Shown in pieces: positions 51,131-61,512 of a DNA stretch of 64,000 nt. The position numbers were made by a program, and so were the translations under genes. This DNA comes from Bdellovibrionales bacterium. GTDB lineage: Bacteria; Bdellovibrionota; Bdellovibrionia; Bdellovibrionales; UBA1609. The stretch lies in assembly GCA_965199825.1 (NCBI GenBank), contig OZ241329.1, positions 672,001 through 736,000 of the forward strand, read 5' to 3'. A model generated the notes under the pieces. That model ran no database searches. It was given only the letters and a program-made list of their open reading frames with translations, and was not told the origin of the DNA. The first letter of the stretch is position 1. Every line of letters begins with the position of its first letter.

Positions 51131-53998
51131 TTATTTAAATTCAAAGCCCTCATTACTTGCATAGGCGTTACATTGATAAAGGATGATAGAAGTTCCAACT
51201 GCCTTTGATGCGTAAGCAACATTGAAGCAGCTGCCTGATTTTTTATTTACTATCATCGATGAATTATCAATGGACTTCTGCACACTCCACAATTGGCTCG
51301 CATCCCCGCTACACGTTTTACTTAACAACGAACCATCTTTGTCTCCAAGACAAAGGCCCGACTGCATAATTGTAAAACTACCGTCAGCATTGATATTGCG
51401 AGAAAAAATTTGATTGGCAGCATTCGAGTCGCAGTTGGTCTGATCGATACTTCCCCCTTTTTGCTCAAGACAGAGGTTGTTGAAATTCGAAACGATACTT
51501 GAATTTATAAAGCCAGTATTTGAACTCGGAATTGAACTTGGAGTCGCACTCGGCGTAGCAGAAGGTGCTGGCGTTGGAGTTGAACTGGGCACTGGATCTG
51601 GCGTTCTTGACTGTGAGAGACTCACAAATTGAAAGCGTTCGTTTGGTGCATATCCACTGCACGAATAGAGAATGATTGGTGCTCCCGCGCTCGTTGAGCC
51701 GTAAGCCACATTGAGGCAGTTGTTAGAAGACACGCTTTGGATCATCGTCGAGCCATCAAGAGAAGCCGTTGTTTTAAAACTCTGGTTCGCAGCGCCACTA
51801 CAGGAAATCTGTTGGAGCGAACCGCCAACATCCGTCAGACAGATACCCGATTGGCCAAGAGTATAGTTACCAGATGAATCGGTAGTGAGCACAAATTCTT
51901 GTGCTGCAACATCTGATGAGCATGTGGCCTGATCAAGACTGCCATTTTTTATTTCTAAACATAAATTATCCGATACAACTTTAATCGTAACCTTTGAGGA
52001 GCTGTTGGATCCTGTAGTTGGTGCAGAGGAAGCACTCGCACTCGGAGTTGGTGAAGGCGATGCACTTACGCTGGGTGCAGGCGATGGCGTCACCACTGGT
52101 GAAGGTGAAGCCGGCAGTGTTGTAGCAAAACTAAAGTTTTGCCAAACAGGAACAGCGTTCAATCCGCCTAATGCAATTTTACCGCTGCTAAAGCTCAATG
52201 TATCAGTCACGCTCAAAATCAGATTCATCGGATTGCTTGGCCCATCTTGAGCACCAAGAGCCACATTGTTAAAATATTTCACTTGCCCATCGGCAGTGAG
52301 AGTAACCTGCCAAGTTTGCAACGGAGTCCCCGGCCCGATATTTAATCCTGGAGCTGTCGCACCGATCTGTGTGATCACACCATTGATTGATTTCTCAAAC
52401 TTAATTATCTCACCTTCCATCGCCTGACCCGCGCTCAGCCGATACCAGTTTTGTTGATCTTGATATAAGAAATAAATAAAGAATGGACCATAGCTTCCAG
52501 CAGCACTGACCTTCACATCGATGGTCAAATTGGTGCCGTGAGTGGAGTCATTGTTCACACTTATATTTTTCGCAAGACCTGGTCGAATCCAATTTAGGTT
52601 GTCGAACTGATAATAATAGTACAGAGGGGAAATGTCGCTTGCTTGTGACAAATTCGCTTCAGTCCAACCTCCGCTATAAACAGTTTTAGTAGTATATGTC
52701 GAGCTGCCCTTATCATTAACAGCCTTAACTCGGTATCCCACATTTGCTGTCGTCGTAAGACCTGTATCTGAGTGGCTGGTAACGTTAGCACCAACAGTTG
52801 CAATTTGTGTAAAGACACCATTTATTTTTCGTTCAATAACAAAATTGGTTTCGTTGTATGAATTATCGGTCCATTGAAGGTCGATTTGATTTCCACTGAC
52901 AATAGTTGCACGAATGTTCGAGGGCTGACCCGGTTTACTCTTCGCGCCCACTGCCGGATAACCAGACTGTAAAACCAAAGTGTTGAGTGCTTCTTGAAGA
53001 GGAAATCTCTGAATTTCGGTAAGATATTTTTGATCTTTAAGACCGGTTGGATCAGGTGATGCAACCCAATTGTTCGTTCCATCCGCATTGACATGATTGC
53101 GACCGACATTCACAAAATTAAAAAGGCTTTGGCTTTCAACTTCACGAGCCGCGTAATAAAGACCGATCTGTCCCCATGAGGGATAATTATAGGAGTGCTC
53201 GATATCGACATACACTCGTCGGACAGGGTTAGTTACGGGAGTAGTGTAAAGGTCATAGGCTGTATGAATTGCTCCACCAAGACCGAATCCAACATAAACT
53301 GCGCCTGCAGGCCAATTGTTGATGGCGTACTCTGCTGCTTTGGGCTCAACAGTAAAATTAAATTCACCGCCATTGGGATAATCCCCTCCAGTACAAACCA
53401 AATATTTTACTTTTTTGGCAACTAAGTCAGGCCCACTTAAAGGACTATTCGCATCTGGCCCTGATTTTAAAAGAGCTTCTAAATTATTAAGATAACCACT
53501 CGTCACAATCACAACGCTGTTATCAGGCTGCGCTGCTAGGGTTTGCCGATACAAGTCAACGGCAAGTGGAGGATCCATAGGACTTGCATAAAGAGGATGA
53601 GGATATTCGTTGGCAATTTGAGCAGGATACCCGCCTACTCCTCCAACATCAGGCCTACGACCAACGGGAACATTAGGTCTTCCATACCAGGTGTTGATTG
53701 AATTCATAAAAAGAGCAGTGGCGCCATTTTGCGAAGACGACATCGTAGCAAGAATTTCGAACTCTCCAAGATCGGCTAGAGAATTTAGCGTGGCAATGTC
53801 GCCCACGTCATCCCAGTCACTTGAGGCATCCGAATCGAGAATGACCTTTGTCGGGATCTTTGTAGAAGAGACACTTGCCGTTCTTATCGAAACGTTTTTA
53901 TTTTTGTTTGTGGTCAGTGGTTCAGAGGCATTGCTATGATCAAAAACCATCAGACCTTGGACTGAGATCAAACAAAATAAAATCCGTTTATACTTCAT
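51131..53998 (-). CDS. Secreted multidomain protein: nucleoside-hydrolase-like domain, FN3, beta domain and two ricin-B lectins with Pro/Ser linkers
   Basis: ILDSDASSDWDD, TSGYLNNL, GGEFNF; LQWTDNSYNET.F.IER; CLNVAY.S..G..IILY.C repeats. Confidence 0.8.
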   Translation of the reverse strand: MKYKRILFCLISVQGLMVFDHSNASEPLTTNKNKNVSIRTASVSSTKIPTKVILDSDASSDWDDVGDIATLNSLADLGEFEILATMSSSQNGATALFMNSINTWYGRPNVPVGRRPDVGGVGGYPAQIANEYPHPLYASPMDPPLAVDLYRQTLAAQPDNSVVIVTSGYLNNLEALLKSGPDANSPLSGPDLVAKKVKYLVCTGGDYPNGGEFNFTVEPKAAEYAINNWPAGAVYVGFGLGGAIHTAYDLYTTPVTNPVRRVYVDIEHSYNYPSWGQIGLYYAAREVESQSLFNFVNVGRNHVNADGTNNWVASPDPTGLKDQKYLTEIQRFPLQEALNTLVLQSGYPAVGAKSKPGQPSNIRATIVSGNQIDLQWTDNSYNETNFVIERKINGVFTQIATVGANVTSHSDTGLTTTANVGYRVKAVNDKGSSTYTTKTVYSGGWTEANLSQASDISPLYYYYQFDNLNWIRPGLAKNISVNNDSTHGTNLTIDVKVSAAGSYGPFFIYFLYQDQQNWYRLSAGQAMEGEIIKFEKSINGVITQIGATAPGLNIGPGTPLQTWQVTLTADGQVKYFNNVALGAQDGPSNPMNLILSVTDTLSFSSGKIALGGLNAVPVWQNFSFATTLPASPSPVVTPSPAPSVSASPSPTPSASASSAPTTGSNSSSKVTIKVVSDNLCLEIKNGSLDQATCSSDVAAQEFVLTTDSSGNYTLGQSGICLTDVGGSLQQISCSGAANQSFKTTASLDGSTMIQSVSSNNCLNVAYGSTSAGAPIILYSCSGYAPNERFQFVSLSQSRTPDPVPSSTPTPAPSATPSATPSSIPSSNTGFINSSIVSNFNNLCLEQKGGSIDQTNCDSNAANQIFSRNINADGSFTIMQSGLCLGDKDGSLLSKTCSGDASQLWSVQKSIDNSSMIVNKKSGSCFNVAYASKAVGTSIILYQCNAYASNEGFEFK

Positions 53999-54129
53999 AA
54001 ATGTACCCCTTTTTTTGAGGCTTAAGTTCAACAGTCTATATTTCTTGCGTCAATATCTAAGCCGCTAGTTGGGGGTTGAAGTCTAGTAATCTAAAAGATG
54101 GGGTCTCAATGAGACTTCCGCAGCAAAAT

Positions 54130-55362
54130 TTAGTTTGCTGAATTGCCAACTGTTACAAAACTTCCCGCATTGTTTGCAATGGGCGTGGTCACATTTAAAA
54201 ATGTGTTGCTTTGTACATTCCAAATTCCGCTGCTTAATTGCGAAGAAAACTGTGCTCCAGTTTGAAGTCCTGTAAAAGAGTTCCCCATAATTGTGGCTGC
54301 AGTACTTGTACTGCTGATCACATCAATGCCCACACCTGAATTGGGATTCATTTGTCTAAACTCATTACTGCTAATTGAAATTGCTCCGTATGCCTCGTTG
54401 CCTACACTGCCGATTGAGATTCCTGTATGTGATGTGGGCACGAAAAATAAATTGTTGTTGATAAAAATATCAGTCATGTTGTTGACCACGATTTGAGTGA
54501 GGTCTGTATTAAATTGGCTCCCAGAAACGGTGAGTTGATCCAGAGCGTAGCCGGCATTGGCTAGAATTCCAGTTTGACCGGCATTAAAATTTGTTTGTGA
54601 AATCGTGATACCTTGTGATCCGTTGCCGAGCACAACACCCGCCTTACAACTGCCAAAATAAGAACCAGAAATATTTAAGATAACAACAAGCATATTGGTA
54701 GTTCCGGCCATCCAAGAAAGACCATAGGTCTTATCACCAACTGAGTCTCCAAACACATCGGTGTTTTGAACGTTCAGTAAGTTGACGTCGGTTGCATTGA
54801 TTCCGAACCGCCAATAATTCGTCATATTGATTCCGTCATCACCACGGATTGCCATATCACTAATGACAGAGGTTGCATCTGCGCCAGCTGTAAAGTTACC
54901 TGTGGCATCACTTAAAAGTAGAGCCGATCCACCACCAGCCACTCCCGTTGTTAATGACATTCCTGAGATCGTAAAAGTCGATTGAAAGCCGCGCGCGAGG
55001 TTCAAACCATCCGAATTTTTATCCCAATAAAGAGTTGTGACACCTTTGCCAGCGCCGCTAATTTTTATATTTTGATGGGCTTTAAGATTTACGACAGCAA
55101 CATTTGAAAAGCGGAATTTGCCTGGGCCAATCGAAATACAATTGTTTGTCGAGTTGACAGCATTTGTAGCTTTACTCCAGGCCACATCGTTTAATGCCAG
55201 CCCGTCGCCAACGCCACCAAAATTTTCTAGAGCAAAACATTGTGAAAAGGATTGGGCGGCATCAGTGCCTCGTGTACTCATATAACTTGAACAGTTTTGA
55301 AATGCCAAAACGCAAAAAGCAAGTGCCGCGAAAACTGGAATAATTGTGCGATACAGATTCAA
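54130..55362 (-). CDS. Pectin-lyase-fold beta-helix lipoprotein
   Basis: AFQNCS signal; FGGVGDG..ND.A, GPGKF, ISGAGKGVTTL, Asn-rich repeats; GGAGGA RBS. Confidence 0.75.
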   Translation of the reverse strand: MNLYRTIIPVFAALAFCVLAFQNCSSYMSTRGTDAAQSFSQCFALENFGGVGDGLALNDVAWSKATNAVNSTNNCISIGPGKFRFSNVAVVNLKAHQNIKISGAGKGVTTLYWDKNSDGLNLARGFQSTFTISGMSLTTGVAGGGSALLLSDATGNFTAGADATSVISDMAIRGDDGINMTNYWRFGINATDVNLLNVQNTDVFGDSVGDKTYGLSWMAGTTNMLVVILNISGSYFGSCKAGVVLGNGSQGITISQTNFNAGQTGILANAGYALDQLTVSGSQFNTDLTQIVVNNMTDIFINNNLFFVPTSHTGISIGSVGNEAYGAISISSNEFRQMNPNSGVGIDVISSTSTAATIMGNSFTGLQTGAQFSSQLSSGIWNVQSNTFLNVTTPIANNAGSFVTVGNSAN

Positions 55363-55535
55363 TGTTCTCCTCCTTTGCGAAGAAATATTGAATTCAGCTT
55401 GTCGAATAATTTTTACTGAGTCTACATTGAAAGTTTTTGTATTTCGGATGTACCGTGCCGTTTAGCATTTTTTAAATAAATTTTTATTGTTTATTAAAAA
55501 ACCTGACGTTAATTACGAATAAAAGGAGTGCAGTT

Positions 55536-55721
55536 GTGGAATACGATGAAAGTATTGATAATGCAGTTATTGGCTACGGAGAAGTCGTATCCGAGTTAAA
55601 ATTATTAGCTACAAAAAGAGACCGTGAATCGGTTGAGCGATATGGTGAGTTGATCGAACAATTGATGGTTATCGATATGGCATTAAAGCCTGTTAAATAT
55701 GTGATGAGAAAGGAGAAGTGA
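55536..55721 (+). CDS. Small hypothetical protein
   Basis: AAGGAG RBS before the GTG; 61 aa, helical. Confidence 0.45.
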   Translation: MEYDESIDNAVIGYGEVVSELKLLATKRDRESVERYGELIEQLMVIDMALKPVKYVMRKEK

Positions 55722-55740
55722 GCAATCAAGGGTGAGCTGA

Positions 55741-56232
55741 TTACAACGATAAGTCTTCGATTTCCACAAGTTGGTAGCAATCTTTTTTTACGATGATAAA
55801 GCGGAGATCGACGCTATCAGATTCTTTCTTGATGATCCAATATCTCCATCTGTTTTCGCCAATTTTTGTGAGGGTGACGTTATAGTCATCTTTTATTGAA
55901 GCGTCTCGCATGTCTTCAATAATTGGCAAAACGATCCTGTCTTTAGAAACCAATTCATTAATAGTTTTGTTGTCTTCACCTGCTGGCTCGAGATGCGATC
56001 GTTTTAATGGAAATTGAGTGTATCTTAATTGAGCTTCTTGGTTTGTTAGGAATTCTTCTAAAAATTGATCAACGCTAGAAAAAGGGCATGAAGATTTTTT
56101 CGTAAAAGTGGAAGTGGCTGGTATTACATTTTCTTTTTTCAAGTGTGATTGAGAGCACGAAATAACAATTAAACCTAGAAGCGTCGCCCGTATAAATTTA
56201 ATGTTTTCTCCAAAAGCAAAAACCGGAGTCAT
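55741..56232 (-). CDS. Lipoprotein, DUF4348-like
   Basis: VISC lipobox; FL..F......Q...T.FPL motif; start uncertain. Confidence 0.6.
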   Translation of the reverse strand: MTPVFAFGENIKFIRATLLGLIVISCSQSHLKKENVIPATSTFTKKSSCPFSSVDQFLEEFLTNQEAQLRYTQFPLKRSHLEPAGEDNKTINELVSKDRIVLPIIEDMRDASIKDDYNVTLTKIGENRWRYWIIKKESDSVDLRFIIVKKDCYQLVEIEDLSL

Positions 56233-56313
56233 TCTGTGGTTTCTAGGGACGCCGGTGCAGTGAATTTTTAAAGGCCGAGCTCCACCAATGATGGAGCCGC
56301 GGCAGATTAAAAA

Positions 56314-56409
56314 CTATTTTCCTTTTTCTTTCTTCTTGTCCTGCTTCTCTTTAGTGGTGAGTTTTTTCTTACCCTTGCCTTCTTTAGATTGCTTGTCGCC
56401 TTTGCCCAT
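56314..56409 (-). CDS. 31-aa Lys-rich small protein
   Basis: Not in the track. MGKGDKQSKEGKGKKKLTTKEKQDKKKEKGK; AGGAGA RBS; downstream GCTCCA/TGGAGC hairpin. Confidence 0.7.
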   Translation of the reverse strand: MGKGDKQSKEGKGKKKLTTKEKQDKKKEKGK

Positions 56410-56492
56410 TTGAATCTCCTTTTTGCCAAAAATAATACTGCATTGAGGCTAATGCACGACGCTCGGCAGTTAAATAAATGGAGTTTGCGGGG

Positions 56493-57701
56493 TTATCTGC
56501 GGCGACGAGGACCTCTTCTGAGTGGACTTCGAATTTCTTCTGGCTGAGCTCGATCTTTGAGTTCATTCAGTGCTAAAAAACCAAAGTGTTTTTCCCAGTT
56601 GAAAGGAATCACAAGCAAAAGACTCCCCTCAAGGAATCCATCTTCGAGCAGAAGGGTGTTGGCCATGAAAACGAGTTGCGCCCCAGCTGGCAACTGATCG
56701 ATAAAGTCTTTTTGAAATCCCAAATTTTGAAGTTGAGAGCTGTACGCCTTGGCTGGCTGAGAAAAGGGCTTTCCAACCAGAAGTACCTGATCATTTGCAG
56801 AGCTTTCTGCTTTGGTCCAAAATCCATTGAGTTGAAAATGATTTTTTTCCTTAGCTGGGGCTTTGAGCTGAACACTCAATTTGCTGACACCCTTGCGCGC
56901 TCTTCTTAAATCCATCAGTTTGTCTAAAGAGAAGTCACTCCCGATATATTGGTCAAAATGAAATCGCATTTTTCTTTCCGAAAAAATTGATGGCCCATTC
57001 TCATCAAAGGTGTCGACCCGCTCGGCAATTACAGTGTGGTGATCTTCTCCCACACCATTAAATCCAAACTCCGAGGACACTATGATCGGCCCTCCGTTTC
57101 GCTCAAATCCGACATACTGTCCAACCTTAAGGAGTTCGCCGCTCTGAACTTCATTTTCCATGTCCGTGACCGAACTGGTTTCATTGGAAATCGACAGAGC
57201 CTGGATTTTGTTAGGGACAGGCAGCTTGATTCCCTTTAAAAACTCATAATCGACATAAACTCTATTCCTCAAAGGCGTAGACTGATCACTGCGATCAGTG
57301 AAACGATGTCCGGTCGATGCACTCGGGTCAGCGAGACGCATTCTTTTTTGAAGCGCAAGTACCGGCAGCATCTGCGAAGGTTCAACCACGCCAGCGTTTG
57401 CGGTTTGCATTGGAGCAGCAGGCAATTGGTCAGCTTGAAAATCCTTTACAGCTTGCTCGAGCTCTCGACTGTTTTTTGTATTCAAAACTTTTATTCCAGC
57501 ATCTTGCGATAACAAAATAAAAGACTCACCATCATCATAGCCTTTACTCACCAAATATTCTCTTATCGCGTTGACGCGCGCATCGATTTGTTCTGACGAA
57601 TCCGCCTGATGAGGCATAAGGATATCGCGACAAGTCGCAGCTTCACTTGGCGAAAATTTAAAAAACGCTAAAAGAAAAAGACTAGCAATCAGATGACTCA
57701 T
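56493..57701 (-). CDS. Secreted hypothetical protein
   Basis: GAGG RBS, signal ..SEA, then ATCRDIL. Confidence 0.7.
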   Translation of the reverse strand: MSHLIASLFLLAFFKFSPSEAATCRDILMPHQADSSEQIDARVNAIREYLVSKGYDDGESFILLSQDAGIKVLNTKNSRELEQAVKDFQADQLPAAPMQTANAGVVEPSQMLPVLALQKRMRLADPSASTGHRFTDRSDQSTPLRNRVYVDYEFLKGIKLPVPNKIQALSISNETSSVTDMENEVQSGELLKVGQYVGFERNGGPIIVSSEFGFNGVGEDHHTVIAERVDTFDENGPSIFSERKMRFHFDQYIGSDFSLDKLMDLRRARKGVSKLSVQLKAPAKEKNHFQLNGFWTKAESSANDQVLLVGKPFSQPAKAYSSQLQNLGFQKDFIDQLPAGAQLVFMANTLLLEDGFLEGSLLLVIPFNWEKHFGFLALNELKDRAQPEEIRSPLRRGPRRRR

Positions 57702-58245
57702 TCGTACCTCTCGTAAATCAAAGACTTTTACCCGATAGTCACCGAAAAATTAACCTTTTAAATATGATGGTTTAACAGATGCTCTCAAGCTCAAGATAAA
57801 TCGTAGATCAGAAGTTGGCTCAATCGTTAAGTGGGTACTTTTTTCTTAACTTACAATTTCAAACCTTTAAAAAATTCGCTGAGATTTTAAAGACCATAAA
57901 TATTTTTAATTTATCTTAATAATGGATTTTTCTCTGAAATTCTTCTTACTCAGAAAGAGAAGTAAACCATTCGTACTTTCCTACAAAAAAGTATATGAAA
58001 TTTTGAATTTATAGTCTGTGGTTAGGGCAATAAAGGCACACTGGACTTTCCTTAGCGTCAGACACCAAATCTAATGGCTTGATTTTTTTATCTCTCCCAG
58101 CTCCACCATCTCAAAAATTAAAAAAGATTTTCAGATCTTTTAATAGATCAAACCTAAGGCTGGGATAAAATATATCCAGTCAACATACCAAGCTAAGGCT
58201 GCAGAATTTAAATTTATGTTATTATAACATGTAAGAGGTGGACTA

Positions 58246-59301
58246 ATGCTCAAGTTGTTTAAATTCAAATTTTATTGTTCGCTTTTGATGTTGCACGTGA
58301 ATGCACTATCATTTTCTGTACCCAATCAAAAATTTTTTAGTCAGCGGCAAAGCTGTTATGCAACCTCGGTGGATTTTATTCCCCCAAGCGAAGGGCTCGC
58401 CTCACTCAGTTTGCCACTGTCCTTAATGGCAGCAGCACCTCGCTTCGAACTTGATGATAAGAATGGCCAATGGGTCGACAAATGCTCAGCTAGCGTCATC
58501 TCAGATTCTGGCAAAATTTTAACAAATGCCCATTGTGTCGAAGACTGTGTTTTTAAAGCTGCGCTATATACTCAAACGGATGAAGGCACTGTTGTAAACA
58601 AAGAAGGCTTAAAAGATCTGATCTGCACTGCAAAAATTAACAACGTCGAGACAAAATTTAAGATTCTTGCGATGAGTGACTGTCGAGACAAAGTGGACGC
58701 AGCAAGGCTAAAGTACTATCCCAATAAAATTTGTAATGGTCTCGATTACGCAGTTTTACAACCACTTATAAATACGATTGCGCTGCATTGCATGAAACAC
58801 AATTATGAAAAACTCAGTGCTGATAAAAAAATTGCGACGATCGGATTTCCTAAAGAAACGTATCGCCACGTTTTTGTGAAAACGGCACGGGATAGTGACG
58901 GCCTCTCACAACAAATGAGTTTTGGAAAAACATTGGACTTTCAACCTTATTGTTATTTGAGAAATGACAGCTTAGGTTTTTTTGATTCAGGAAAAAGACC
59001 CTTTGCTGAAAAACTTGCCGTCTTTAATAAAAAAATGGTCAATACAGGAAACGTTATGCAGTCATCTTTAGACCAGATCAATGGGTCAAGCGGGGGACCT
59101 ATTTTTAATGATCATGGTGAGATTGTTGGTATAGTTGCCTATGGCTTGCCAGGCCTAAATGTAAATTCGGACATAAGACAATGCGATGGCTCAACTTTTT
59201 TTATCCCTCTCAGCGCCATCATCTCAGATGTTAAAAAAAGATTTCCAGATCTTTCATTAGATCAAGCTTTTGACTGTGCTCAAAACGCTGCAGTTCAATA
59301 A
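58246..59301 (+). CDS. Trypsin-like serine protease (S1)
   Basis: ILTNAHC, LDYAVL, NGSSGGP; GAGG RBS. Confidence 0.88.
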   Translation: MLKLFKFKFYCSLLMLHVNALSFSVPNQKFFSQRQSCYATSVDFIPPSEGLASLSLPLSLMAAAPRFELDDKNGQWVDKCSASVISDSGKILTNAHCVEDCVFKAALYTQTDEGTVVNKEGLKDLICTAKINNVETKFKILAMSDCRDKVDAARLKYYPNKICNGLDYAVLQPLINTIALHCMKHNYEKLSADKKIATIGFPKETYRHVFVKTARDSDGLSQQMSFGKTLDFQPYCYLRNDSLGFFDSGKRPFAEKLAVFNKKMVNTGNVMQSSLDQINGSSGGPIFNDHGEIVGIVAYGLPGLNVNSDIRQCDGSTFFIPLSAIISDVKKRFPDLSLDQAFDCAQNAAVQ

Positions 59302-59371
59302 GTGTACTGAATTGAGATCAATAGGTTTTTAAAATCGGCTATTATTAAAATCTCAGTTACAATTTTTAGAG

Positions 59372-60538
59372 ATGGCCAAGGTTATTTTTTGTTTTTCATT
59401 TTTATTTTATCTTACCCAAGCATGTGCTGAGGATTCCAATCGCATTCAAATGTGCGAAAACTACAGCGAAATTAAATCTAATGTAGTTAAAGCATTAGAT
59501 TCCAATCTAGTCGCTCAAGATTGTCGCGATATGGTGATTGAAACAATAGATAATTGTAAAGAGGCGATGTCGAAAGGACAAGGCGAGTTTGCACCGTCAA
59601 AGTTTGAATTCGGGTCAACCCTTGATTCTGTCCGTAGTCAACGCGATGCTTATACTGCCGCTCAAAACGTATTGATATTAGCTCAAAAAAGATGTGATGA
59701 ATTAAAAAATAATATCATTCAAACATGTCAGCAATCCCAACGGAGTTTGGACGCTGCGATTCAAAACAACATCAATGATCGGTCCACAAAACTTAATGAG
59801 TTTTATTTAACCCCTATGACCGAAGAAAATGTTGCTGCAAAAACAGAAATACAATCCACTTTTTCATTGGTGAATGCCCAACTTTATAATCAAAAGAAAA
59901 CCACCACTGATGCTCGGAATAATGGCTTAGCCGCAATAGATAAACTGGAGAGATGTGCCCTATCTCAGGGTGAACTTTATGCTTCTGCAGCTGTAAATGC
60001 TAACACCAATGTTTACTCAATAGAAACAAACCCAACCGGTAACCCCCAAACTATTGATACCCCCCCACAACCTCCCGGCGAGGATGCGGCCTTAAAAACA
60101 ATTGCTAATAAAGCAGCAGAGCAAGCTTTAATAAATGGTGCGGATGCTCAAGCCGAGCAATTTGAAGATCAACGCCATCGTGTTCCTGCCAATTCAACAG
60201 ATGAAGCATCACTTGAATCAGCGGAACAAAGATTGAGACTGGGCGGAAAGCTCATCGGACCAACGGGCGTATCTAAATCTCTTTTTGAAGCAGATCCAGT
60301 AGGCGCAGGGATTGGCACCGCTCAGACACTCGCTGAATGGTTAGCACCAAAATTTGCAACTACCATCACTGGCTTTGGATGGGCCGCAAGTATTTTATTT
60401 AGTTCAAAATCAACATCAAGATGCGACACCATTATTACAGACCCAGTTGAAGCAAATTTTAAAAGCTGCCCACTAAGCTCCATACAAGGAATCCGACAAA
60501 ATAATAATGCGATGAATTTAACGGATCCTTCACTATGA
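59372..60538 (+). CDS. Secreted Cys-containing helical protein
   Basis: Signal ..QACA; coiled region; Gly/Ala hydrophobic C-terminal part. Confidence 0.7.
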   Translation: MAKVIFCFSFLFYLTQACAEDSNRIQMCENYSEIKSNVVKALDSNLVAQDCRDMVIETIDNCKEAMSKGQGEFAPSKFEFGSTLDSVRSQRDAYTAAQNVLILAQKRCDELKNNIIQTCQQSQRSLDAAIQNNINDRSTKLNEFYLTPMTEENVAAKTEIQSTFSLVNAQLYNQKKTTTDARNNGLAAIDKLERCALSQGELYASAAVNANTNVYSIETNPTGNPQTIDTPPQPPGEDAALKTIANKAAEQALINGADAQAEQFEDQRHRVPANSTDEASLESAEQRLRLGGKLIGPTGVSKSLFEADPVGAGIGTAQTLAEWLAPKFATTITGFGWAASILFSSKSTSRCDTIITDPVEANFKSCPLSSIQGIRQNNNAMNLTDPSL

Positions 60539-61002
60539 TTTTTTCTAAGAAACACTATCTTTTTGAGTTCGTGATTAGCATGTTATTTTTTGTGTTGAGC
60601 TTGCTTGACCCATCTATGGTTTTTGGAAGGGCGGTCGGCTTTATTGGAGTCATGATTTTATTCATTCTCGCAAATATCGCTGGATGTTTAGCGTGGTTAA
60701 TTTTGGAATTTTTTTTCTCAAAGCTAAAACAAAACCTTTTAATACGTATCTCACTGGCAGTTTTTCTGACAGGTTTTATGCAATGGAGCACAGTGCTCTT
60801 CGCATATCAAACAACTGCACTCGGCCAGTTTTTTTACGAAAAGAAAATCACCTACCATTGCTTAACACGCCCTGATTTTGATCTGTGTGCTCGGTCGGTC
60901 ACATTTGATGCCGCAGCAGCACTTATGGTTGATGTTCAAACCAAACAAAAGGTTTTTAACTTTTTGCACCAAGGATACAAAAATCCTTTTTTAAAAAACT
61001 AA
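60535..61002 (+). CDS. Membrane protein (about 3 TM)
   Basis: ATGA overlap with the previous gene; hydrophobic helices. Confidence 0.7.
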   Translation: MIFSKKHYLFEFVISMLFFVLSLLDPSMVFGRAVGFIGVMILFILANIAGCLAWLILEFFFSKLKQNLLIRISLAVFLTGFMQWSTVLFAYQTTALGQFFYEKKITYHCLTRPDFDLCARSVTFDAAAALMVDVQTKQKVFNFLHQGYKNPFLKN

Positions 61003-61187
61003 TTTTAAAGACATTTCAACGTGGATTTCAAATCGAATCACCCTCTTAAATCACATAATAGACTTAAATAATTTCGGGAAGATTTCCTTCGGGTAATAAT
61101 CGAAAACCATTTTTTTCTTCGAGGACCAAGAACACGGGGAAAAAAATAAAAATCCAAAACACACTCCAAAACTTTCGTCTCCGATAT

Positions 61188-61418
61188 TCAAGGCTGTAGA
61201 AGCTCAAGTTGCTCATCGGTCAAATCGAGTTCAAGAAGAAAGATTCGAGACTGATTGATGAGTTGAACAACATCCACATTAAATTCTTTAAGACTGACCC
61301 CGATATGGATTGTGCCAAGTAAATAAGAATCTCCATGAGCTGTGCTTATTCTAAATAATGGAGCTTTGTTGACCTGCGCCTGAGCCGAAAAGCTGATCAA
61401 CAATAATAAAATAAGCAT
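61188..61418 (-). pseudogene. Truncated TraB/GumN-family gene (N-terminus only)
   Basis: Signal peptide, LFRI...SYLLGTIH and F.LELD motifs; stops at 76 aa. Confidence 0.7.
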
Positions 61419-61512
61419 TTGAGCTTCCTTACAAAAAAAATGCCGCTACGATGACTGTTATTGAGTGTCTACAACAGTTCGGCGACAATTTTTGTACTAC
61501 AACTGGCGAATA

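Noticed and set aside
51540..52120. Short repetitive DNA (GAAGGTG/GGAGT units)
   Set aside because: It encodes Pro/Ser/Thr linkers of the multidomain protein
57702..58245. 540-bp AT-rich gap as an ncRNA or origin
   Set aside because: No stable structure, DnaA-box cluster or repeat seen; probably divergent promoters plus debris
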